This document shows, piece after piece, positions 11,048 through 20,000 of a stretch of DNA of 20,000 bases. Under the pieces are notes generated by a model, which was not told where the DNA came from, searched no databases, and worked only from the letters and a program-made list of their open reading frames with translations. Position 1 is the first letter of the stretch. Each line of letters opens with the position of its first letter. The stretch spans positions 46,698-66,697 of the forward strand of contig JBFLGF010000130.1 in assembly GCA_050230475.1 (NCBI GenBank). Reading direction: 5' to 3'. The DNA comes from Ancylonema sp. (taxonomy: Eukaryota). The position numbers and the translations under genes are program-made.

Positions 11048-12800
11048 ATGGCTGCCATGACTGCCTCTATCTCTTTCGCTGTCGGTCAGACTGCCGGTCC
11101 TGCACCCCTGGCACGTGGTGAAGTTAGTGGAGTGAGGTCCTCTACAAAAATTGCCCCTTTGACATCTTCTTTCGCTGGAGTTTCCCTTCAAGCAGCTTCA
11201 GTGGCCGCTCCCAGGTCTGTCAGGGAGTTTAAGGCGAGCACGTCAGCTGCATACACCGCTGATGTTGATCAGGAGGATTCATATGGCTCCACCGCGGCCC
11301 CTCCCCCTGTAGCCGGTGCGAAGCTGTATGTTGGTAACTTGCCGTTCAATGTTGACAGCGAGTCACTGGCAGAAATATTCCAGGGCGTTGGCACCGTTGA
11401 GCTTGTAGAGGTGAGTTGTAAATTTAACAAGAGCCCCGAGGGGAATTCCCATCTTCTTTTCTGGCATGGCGTGTCTAATTAAGTGCTGCAGACTTCCCTT
11501 TATTTTTTAACCGCCTACTGAGGCTTTGCGAACTGAGATTACTGTCGTTCATTCATGTTGCAACGCGATATAGTAATTGTCATTGCCAGGCCGAGGTGCT
11601 TACGGTGGGCCGCCATATTTCCAGGTGATCTACGACAGGGACACAGGCCGCAGCCGCGGCTTTGCTTTCGTGACGATGTCCGGCATCGAGGACGCTGAAG
11701 CTGCTATCGACAGACTCAACGGCTCCGTAAGTGCATATCTGTCATAGGACTCGTGCCGAATCGAGCGCTGTGAGGTGTTTCATACGACCGCCAATTTGAG
11801 CGCTGGAATTAGTTTTTGTAAACACTAATCCCACCTGACAATCCTAAACCTCTCATGCAATTGAAGTGGTTATATTGCAAGGTGTGGCAAAGAGTAATCT
11901 TATTCTCTATCCCCCACATGATTTTCATCAATTTAGGAGCTCGGTGGACGAATGATGCGAGTCAACTTTCCTCAGCAGTCTCCCCGACCAGGAGACCGCC
12001 CCACAGGCGACCGACCAATCAGGGAAAGGAGAGAGAGCGCGCCCATGGGGGCTGCTGGGTCAGGCAACAAGTTGTATGTCGGTAACTTGTCATGGGGCAT
12101 GGATGACATGGGTCTGGAGGACTTGTTTGCGGAGTTCGGAAAGGTGATGGAGGCGAAGGTGGTGATGGACCGTGAGACTGGGCGCTCGCGTGGATTCGGA
12201 TTTGTGACATACTCATCTCCCAGCGAGGGCGGAGAGGCTGTGAATAGCTTGAATGGAGTGGTGAGACCTCCCAGCTGGTCATGCCTGCAAACTTTTACAG
12301 GCACAGAGGGAAAATAACATACATTCATGATCAATCTATTCCTCATGTGATCTGCAGGGTCGACTCTGAATAAGCTTTCTGGCACACTGTTTCATGAGAT
12401 TCTGTCATGGATTTCGTGGAATTGGGGCAGGTCTCCTGATCTGTCCCTGGTTGCATGGTTGCTGGTTTTATGGATTTAAACTGCCGACTCTTTCTGTCGT
12501 CTTTATTGAATGTTGAGTCAGTGACGAGCACTCGCATGGGGAGGTTGTAGAGTATAAATTTTCATGGCCTTTCGACCACAGTAACATCACTTTTATTCTG
12601 GGACCTAAAAGTAGGTAGAGGAAAAATATGCAAATCATGAAGGTAAGTTTAGGAAGATTCCAAAACCTTACCATCGTATCTCGGGAATCTCAGATTGGTG
12701 CTAATGATTCCATTACATTTGTGGAGTGCAGGAGGTCGATGGCAGGATGTTGCGCGTGAGTGTAGCCAATGACAGGCCACCTACCAGAGGCCGCTACTAG
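11048..12800 (+). CDS. CP29: Chloroplast ribonucleoprotein (cpRNP; transit peptide plus two RRMs), CP29-like, 285 aa, 4 exons
   Basis: Exons 11048-11410, 11625-11726, 11937-12260 and 12732-12800; all phase-0 GT-AG; 858 nt. The N-terminus is A/S-rich. RRM1: KLYVGNLPFNVDS...VEVIYDRDTGRSRGFAFVTMS. RRM2: GSGNKLYVGNLSWGMDD...DRETGRSRGFGFVTY...VDGRMLRVSVANDRPP. Exact orthology within the cpRNPs is untested. Confidence 0.93.
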
Positions 12801-13269
12801 AGTGTAAACTCCTAGGATCGGTTGGCTGAGTTTGTTAGTAAGCACAATCAGTGGGCTAGTGATTCTTGCTTGGCAATAGTAGGAGTGTTGCTAGTGTGCC
12901 AGCTGGCAGACACTTCTGTTCAGAGTCGAGCTTGTTGGTACCAGATGTGGAGAGGTGCGTGACCCTTGTCTGGTCGATTTTTGGGGGTCTGCTGTCTATG
13001 TTGGTTGTTTGAACAGGCAGCCGAATATTGGTTGATTATTAGTTGTTATTTGAGAAATCACGAATTTAAGAATCTTTTTATAGACATGTTGGCAACTGAT
13101 GATGATTATGCATATGCACCGAGTTTACGGTAATGATTGGAATGTCTTGTGTAGAGTGGACACTGGATGCTATCCTACATAAAAAAATGAGAACGTTTGT
13201 TACACCTCCCTTGCCTATCACAACCTGATATGCACAGTCACATCATGTGGAGTAAGCACAATCTACAAC

Positions 13270-13299
13270 TGAGTTGATGCGAATATTCACATCAACTCA
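13270..13299. repeat. Near-perfect 30-bp palindrome (copy at 17919-17948)
   Basis: TGAGTTGATGCGAATATTCACATCAACTCA is self-complementary except for one mismatched pair. Confidence 0.85.
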
Positions 13300-14564
13300 T
13301 TCACGTCATATTCCTTGTGGTGAATCTGTTTGTGGTTGGAGGGGGATGTATTATGGAGTAATTAATATACCATGTTCTGCGGAATAGTGTACCTCACCCA
13401 TCGGTCAACCCTCTGGAGGGGCTGAAACACAATTTTTGTATCATGTCAATCGTGTCTTCACATATTACGGTCGTTTCTACGGAAAAATGTTTGTGAAAGG
13501 GCAATATATACGCCCATCTCTGTCAAACATCAGGAATCGAATATCACGAACTTTGCGATGAGGGTCTATCTACAGCCCTAGGCTATCGATGCCAAAATAT
13601 GAGATACACAAGATTCAATATGCTATTGACGGAAAACTCTAAATGCATGCCTTCGCGCCTCGCGATGCAACTCGACAAGCGATACATGCAAGCCTTCCGC
13701 TATGAGTTTAGTGAATGGGGCACGCTTCTCACGCAATGCCGCCGGATTGGTAGGGTACATGCTGCAAAAGGGCGGGATGTTGGCCCACCTCATCGGAATT
13801 GACTAGTTTGATGCAGGTCTAGCAACAGTTTCCAATCAGCAGCCCTTCACACTAGCTATGCGAATTGTGGACGACTTCAATTTGGTCATTGGCCAACGCG
13901 ATATGTCTCCAACTATATTAACATTAGCTCTAGCAAGAATTGAGCGGATAGGTAATCAACAAACACGTACATCCCACCCAAGGCGGCCACGTAAATGTCA
14001 AATATGAAGCTATGAGGCAAATGATTATAATATTTATGACAATGATTGTTGGTACTTCACCACAACTCTAACACGTTGTCCGCAAAAGAATAAAGTGCTA
14101 GGGGCTCTAGCGAACACCTTGTAGTAACGCACACAACCATACCCGTGTCATCAGCTGTTGACTACTAATGGCTGATTGCACAATCCAAATGGTAGAATGA
14201 AGGATTTAATATGCCAAAGTAGTAGTGGGCCAGATGCAGATGCAGTGGATCGTTGTGCATGTGTCATTGTGTGCATAAAATACGTACTCACATACTCATA
14301 CTCACAACAAAACTGATAACACGACATGCTTGTGGAAGGTGATTAAGTTGACACTATAGCAAACAGGCAATGCCCACAACAAATACAAATCACAAATAAT
14401 AAGGGGAACAAATCACCAAGCAATGGCTGATGGGATTCCTTCATTCTTTTCTCTCCTGATCCTGCCAAGATTTGGTGCAACATTCAACAAGTTTTTGTCA
14501 CAAAAAGTACGTGGTGGTGACCACTAACTCTCTAGCACACAAAATCCTAACAACCATCACACAA

Positions 14565-17157
14565 CTACTTTGGACATTTTTGAAGCTCCAGCTTCACCTG
14601 CCACCTCAACCAAGGAATGTATTAAAAGCTGTTGCTGCCATCGCAGACAAACCGGTATTCATGACCAATCAACAATATCAAGGGATCCAACTTTATCTCA
14701 AAAAATAACCATCAGGAAGTCTACCCCCGAAAAGATTGCCGATGAAACAAATATTGATAAATAGAAACAAAAACTGAAAGCACTGACCTTTATCACAGCC
14801 GGATGAGTGCTGATAGCAGCCATGACCTACACAAAGACAACCTCCAATTCTCGATCAGCTGATTGTAGGGGGGAAAACCCTACAACCCTGGGTTTATTTG
14901 GGTTTTTTGGGGGGTTCATTTGGGTTTTTTTGGGGGTTTTTTTGGGGTTTTTGCGCTGTCTTCTCTGTTTGGATATTTTTTTAGGCTCCTCCCTTGACTT
15001 TTCTACACTCTCTCCGATGAGATGCTGTTCTGGTCGCAAGCTGCTTCTGAACGCCTCATCTTTTCCTCACACGAGATTACGACACCAGCAGCCCCTGCGT
15101 TGCTAATGATTTCCTTACTTGGTCATGGACGCAAAAAAAATTCCGTGCAAATAAATGAAGTGATTCTTTTCGTCCAGACAGATACAAGACACCGGATTCC
15201 ATTCACACCTACTCCCGATAATGGATCGATGTTGTTAACGTCTGCAAAACGTCGTTGAATGCATTGCAGACACATTCTGGGCCGAAGTAAACCCCAACGG
15301 AAGGTGAGGCGCAGGCCTCCTGTTTTTTTTTTTTTTTTTTTTTTCTGAAAAAGAAACTGTTTGTTTATACCTCGATGGCAGAGGTCAACCTCACCGTGTC
15401 AAACCTCTCTCCTCGAACAGCCAATCGTACGACTTCTTGCCCTTTCCGCACCTTCACTCCTCCGTAGTCCATTTCGCTGTTATACACAACCGCACTGGTG
15501 GCAATGAGCTCATCCCCCACCTCGATCGCTGCGGCCTTCGAAGCGTTGCCACCTGGCAGCATCTCAGAGACGAGAATCTGTACCGGATTGCCACATGTCT
15601 AACATCATGATTGGCAGTGCTTGTGTACACACACGGAGTAGTTCATGAAGTATGAATTCATAAACAGACGAGTAGGTGCCCCCCATAGGAAGAGAGACAC
15701 ATTGAATAGGTGACATGAAAGTCATCGCACAAAATCATGCGTCTATGCGTCTATGCGTCTCCATCACGGAACAATGGAGAGAGTGTGAAAGCGTACCGGG
15801 AATGATGTCAGCCACAAATATTCGCCCATCTTTGTCCTCCTCCAAAACCAGACCTGCCAGCAGATTCATCGAACCTGGTCAGAGGAGCTGCAGTAGCAAG
15901 AAAAACAACTGAAATGCGAAACCACAGGAAGTCAATCGGTCTATTAGTCAGTGGTTGAACCAGGGTCAGCATGGGAACAAACTCAAAGTCAACCTGGTCA
16001 ACTGTGAGTCAACTTAGACCAGGGCAGAAGTCAAAGTCATGGAGAGCAGACTCACAAAGACCAGTGACTCCAGAGGTCTTAAAACGACTTCAAATGGAGT
16101 CATAAGGAAAGTGAGGAACTCACCCAGAGGTCGACCTAGCTCTACTTTGATACGGTTGCAACCGGCGGGGGGCGGATCCTCCCCTGTGCCTTGACTCGTG
16201 CCAGCTGGCACTGTGTCATTGGTTTCCAACACGGCTCTGACAGCTGGTTGAAATCTGACAACCTTACCCCTCCCATCCAAGATTCTGTTTCGAAGACGGC
16301 TTGAGGATTGCCATGTCACAAAACCTGCAGATCAATATTGGCAACGATCGGTTTGGCACAAAGAGATCGGTCTTGTAAGCTTGATTGAATATTGCGCTGA
16401 AGTCGCTCGATAGCTACTCTGTACCATTCAACGTATGTACAAAAGTAGCATTGACTCGAGGAAAAGAAGATTCAATCTGTACAGCTGATAGGCCACCTGT
16501 TCTTATATTGAAATATGGCGAGAATCGTCAAGGGTAATGGTGTCAGAATAGTTCAGGTAGAGGCGAGGCGAGTTTGTGATTCGTGTATTGTAAAGTGTAT
16601 CCATACATTTTAATACGCTTTTTAATATGCACACTCGTACCTATAATCATGTATAGATTCAAGTGTTCATATGCATGCACTTCAACAAAAACACATATTT
16701 ATCGCATGCCGACGTGGCAGCGTACTTTAAACTTTAAGGATGACTGACACATTGAATTGGCAGCTCTTGCCCTTCTGTTTCTACGTGTGAATTCCTTGTT
16801 TGACATTAAGCTGGACCTTTCTCAGCTTTTCCAGAGTTGAATAGGCAACATGGAGATGAGATCCAGCAAACCGCAATTTTTTTCTCGAATCTGGTTGTGA
16901 GACGAGGAAGCTTTGTGGCAGAAGCTACAGCTACATGGCTATTCATACAGCCAATTTGTTGTTGTTGTTGTTGTCGTTTAATTCAATACTTCAGTAGCTC
17001 TGAAGCATTTTCGATCAGGGCAGTTGGACGCACCTTGTCTCTTGGAAGATATTCTAATGCAACTACAGTTCTCTGTGGCGGACTGTCGTGTTTGAAGACA
17101 AGTGCTGGACTCACGCACTGGACACCAGGTAAAGCTTCCTGCGTGTGTGGCAGCCAT
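14565..17157 (-). CDS. Putative plastid-targeted single-PDZ-domain protein, ~203 aa, 6 exons
   Basis: Exons on the minus strand: 17157-17034 (or 17157-17115), 16324-16124, 15853-15797, 15552-15395, 14826-14788 and 14597-14565; GT-AG with consistent phases; 612 nt. An S/T/R-rich N-terminus (MAATHAGSF...) precedes the PDZ-like region IKVELGRPLGLVLEEDKDGRIFVADIIPGGNASKAAAIEVGDELIATSA...RGERFDTVMAAISTHPAVIKVKLELQKCPK*. Exon 1 is the least certain. Confidence 0.8.
14890..14947 (+). repeat. G/T tract with six G-runs (G-quadruplex motif) in PDZ intron 4; copy at 19539-19596
   Basis: GGG tttattt GGG tttttt GGGGGG ttcattt GGG ttttttt GGGGG ttttttt GGGG. Confidence 0.75.
15323..15344. repeat. T22 homopolymer in PDZ intron 4; copy at 19972-19993
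   Basis: 22 consecutive T, same length in both copies. Confidence 0.95.
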
Positions 17158-17380
17158 GTGAGCTTTTCGAGCACTGGGCAGCAGCACAGCATGATACCGT
17201 ACACCGAGTCCGAGTTTGTTCCGAACCGCACATGCTGCACCGACACAGCATGTGCTGAATTGTACACATACAAAATATGCAAATCATGAAGGTAAGTTTA
17301 GGAAGATTCCAAAACCTTACCATCGTATCTCGGGAATCTCAGATTGGTGCTAATGATTCCATTACATTTGTGGAGTGCAG

Positions 17381-17449
17381 GAGGTCGATGGCAGGATGTT
17401 GCGCGTGAGTGTAGCCAATGACAGGCCACCTACCAGAGGCCGCTACTAG
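17381..17449 (+). pseudogene. Orphan duplicate of cpRNP exon 4 (EVDGRMLRVSVANDRPPTRGRY*) with its acceptor and 3' flank
   Basis: Exact copy of 12732-12800, preceded by only 109 nt of intron 3. Exons 1-3 are not duplicated. Confidence 0.88.
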
Positions 17450-19213
17450 AGTGTAAACTCCTAGGATCGGTTGGCTGAGTTTGTTAGTAAGCACAATCAG
17501 TGGGCTAGTGATTCTTGCTTGGCAATAGTAGGAGTGTTGCTAGTGTGCCAGCTGGCAGACACTTCTGTTCAGAGTCGAGCTTGTTGGTACCAGATGTGGA
17601 GAGGTGCGTGACCCTTGTCTGGTCGATTTTTGGGGGTCTGCTGTCTATGTTGGTTGTTTGAACAGGCAGCCGAATATTGGTTGATTATTAGTTGTTATTT
17701 GAGAAATCACGAATTTAAGAATCTTTTTATAGACATGTTGGCAACTGATGATGATTATGCATATGCACCGAGTTTACGGTAATGATTGGAATGTCTTGTG
17801 TAGAGTGGACACTGGATGCTATCCTACATAAAAAAATGAGAACGTTTGTTACACCTCCCTTGCCTATCACAACCTGATATGCACAGTCACATCATGTGGA
17901 GTAAGCACAATCTACAACTGAGTTGATGCGAATATTCACATCAACTCATTCACGTCATATTCCTTGTGGTGAATCTGTTTGTGGTTGGAGGGGGATGTAT
18001 TATGGAGTAATTAATATACCATGTTCTGCGGAATAGTGTACCTCACCCATCGGTCAACCCTCTGGAGGGGCTGAAACACAATTTTTGTATCATGTCAATC
18101 GTGTCTTCACATATTACGGTCGTTTCTACGGAAAAATGTTTGTGAAAGGGCAATATATACGCCCATCTCTGTCAAACATCAGGAATCGAATATCACGAAC
18201 TTTGCGATGAGGGTCTATCTACAGCCCTAGGCTATCGATGCCAAAATATGAGATACACAAGATTCAATATGCTATTGACGGAAAACTCTAAATGCATGCC
18301 TTCGCGCCTCGCGATGCAACTCGACAAGCGATACATGCAAGCCTTCCGCTATGAGTTTAGTGAATGGGGCACGCTTCTCACGCAATGCCGCCGGATTGGT
18401 AGGGTACATGCTGCAAAAGGGCGGGATGTTGGCCCACCTCATCGGAATTGACTAGTTTGATGCAGGTCTAGCAACAGTTTCCAATCAGCAGCCCTTCACA
18501 CTAGCTATGCGAATTGTGGACGACTTCAATTTGGTCATTGGCCAACGCGATATGTCTCCAACTATATTAACATTAGCTCTAGCAAGAATTGAGCGGATAG
18601 GTAATCAACAAACACGTACATCCCACCCAAGGCGGCCACGTAAATGTCAAATATGAAGCTATGAGGCAAATGATTATAATATTTATGACAATGATTGTTG
18701 GTACTTCACCACAACTCTAACACGTTGTCCGCAAAAGAATAAAGTGCTAGGGGCTCTAGCGAACACCTTGTAGTAACGCACACAACCATACCCGTGTCAT
18801 TAGCTGTTGACTACTAATGGCTGATTGCACAATCCAAATGGTAGAATGAAGGATTTAATATGCCAAAGTAGTAGTGGGCCAGATGCAGATGCAGTGGATC
18901 GTTGTGCATGTGTCATTGTGTGCATAAAATACGTACTCACATACTCATACTCACAACAAAACTGATAACACGACATGCTTGTGGAAGGTGATTAAGTTGA
19001 CACTATAGCAAACAGGCAATGCCCACAACAAATACAAATCACAAATAATAAGGGGAACAAATCACCAAGCAATGGCTGATGGGATTCCTTCATTCTTTTC
19101 TCTCCTGATCCTGCCAAGATTTGGTGCAACATTCAACAAGTTTTTGTCACAAAAAGTACGTGGTGGTGACCACTAACTCTCTAGCACACAAAATCCTAAC
19201 AACCATCACACAA

Positions 19214-19475
19214 CTACTTTGGACATTTTTGAAGCTCCAGCTTCACCTGCCACCTCAACCAAGGAATGTATTAAAAGCTGTTGCTGCCATCGCAGACAAA
19301 CCGGTATTCATGACCAATCAACAATATCAAGGGATCCAACTTTATCTCAAAAAATAACCATCAGGAAGTCTACCCCCGAAAAGATTGCCGATGAAACAAA
19401 TATTGATAAATAGAAACAAAAACTGAAAGCACTGACCTTTATCACAGCCGGATGAGTGCTGATAGCAGCCATGAC
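19214..19475 (-). CDS. Second copy of the PDZ gene, last two exons (the rest is presumably beyond the window)
   Basis: Exons 19475-19437 (VMAAISTHPAVIK) and 19246-19214 (VKLELQKCPK*) are identical to copy 1. Confidence 0.75.
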
Positions 19476-20000
19476 CTACACAAAGACAACCTCCAATTCT
19501 CGATCAGCTGATTGTAGGGGGGAAAACCCTACAACCCTGGGTTTATTTGGGTTTTTTGGGGGGTTCATTTGGGTTTTTTTGGGGGTTTTTTTGGGGTTTT
19601 TGCGCTGTCTTCTCTGTTTGGATATTTTTTTAGGCTCCTCCCTTGACTTTTCTACACTCTCTCCGATGAGATGCTGTTCTGGTCGCAAGCTGCTTCTGAA
19701 CGCCTCATCTTTTCCTCACACGAGATTACGACACCAGCAGCCCCTGCGTTGCTAATGATTTCCTTACTTGGTCATGGACGCAAAAAAAATTCCGTGCAAA
19801 TAAATGAAGTGATTCTTTTCGTCCAGACAGATACAAGACACCGGATTCCATTCACACCTACTCCCGATAATGGATCGATGTTGTTAACGTCTGCAAAACG
19901 TCGTTGAATGCATTGCAGACACATTCTGGGCCGAAGTAAACCCCAACGGAAGGTGAGGCGCAGGCCTCCTGTTTTTTTTTTTTTTTTTTTTTTCTGAAAA

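Larger units (their letters stand above)
12623..15351 (+). repeat. Direct segmental repeat, copy 1 (matched part; probable tandem unit is 12623-17271)
   Basis: Matches 17272-20000 at offset 4649. The only difference I spotted is C14152 vs T18801. ORFs in the track are duplicated, e.g. 13599/18248 and 14472/19121. Confidence 0.97.
17272..20000 (+). repeat. Direct segmental repeat, copy 2 (runs off the window end)
   Basis: Identity to 12623 onward starts at aaaatatgcaaatcatgaagg. The upstream flanks differ (gtaggtagagga vs tgtacacatac). Confidence 0.97.

Noticed and set aside
15929..16040. Cluster of GTCAA (reverse W-box core) motifs in PDZ intron 2
   Set aside because: These short motifs are explainable by local micro-duplication, and nothing independent supports a regulatory role.
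16332..16427. In-frame ATG at 16427 with a single TGA before PDZ exon 2, suggesting a premature stop or readthrough
   Set aside because: A canonical ctgcAG acceptor follows the TGA, and a better exon 1 (ATG GCT GCC with phase-1 donors) exists at 17157, so this is probably intron.
16711..16718. GACGTGGC ABRE-like site as the PDZ promoter
   Set aside because: It falls inside intron 1 under the preferred gene model and is a single short match.
16983..17282. 99-aa minus-strand ORF as a truncated neighbouring gene
   Set aside because: It has no recognisable motif, its start crosses the duplication junction, and it overlaps the proposed PDZ exon 1 in another frame. Not fully excluded.

Overview
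Eukaryotic nuclear DNA from the green lineage (GT-AG introns and plastid transit peptides suggest a streptophyte alga or early land plant; this is inference). In order: probable last two exons of an unidentified + strand gene (220-556); a compound GAT microsatellite; a 1542-bp non-autonomous PIF/Harbinger-type DNA transposon (1545-3086; 29-bp TIRs, TTA target-site duplication); a 7-exon CID-domain RPRD1/Rtt103-like gene (3702-8603, ~616 aa); a 4-exon chloroplast two-RRM ribonucleoprotein gene (CP29-like, 11048-12800, 285 aa); and a convergent 6-exon gene for a plastid-targeted single-PDZ protein (17157-14565, ~203 aa). From 17272 to the window end the sequence repeats 12623-15351 almost exactly (offset 4649 bp, one SNP seen). 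This is either a very recent tandem duplication or an assembly artefact; it cuts 114 bp upstream of the PDZ start codon and leaves an orphan cpRNP last exon. The most unusual signal is that both introns flanking PDZ exon 3 hold degenerate in-frame echoes of the PDZ beta-strands, bounded by compatible phase-0 splice sites. I found no clearly new multi-gene system. All gene models were built by eye.
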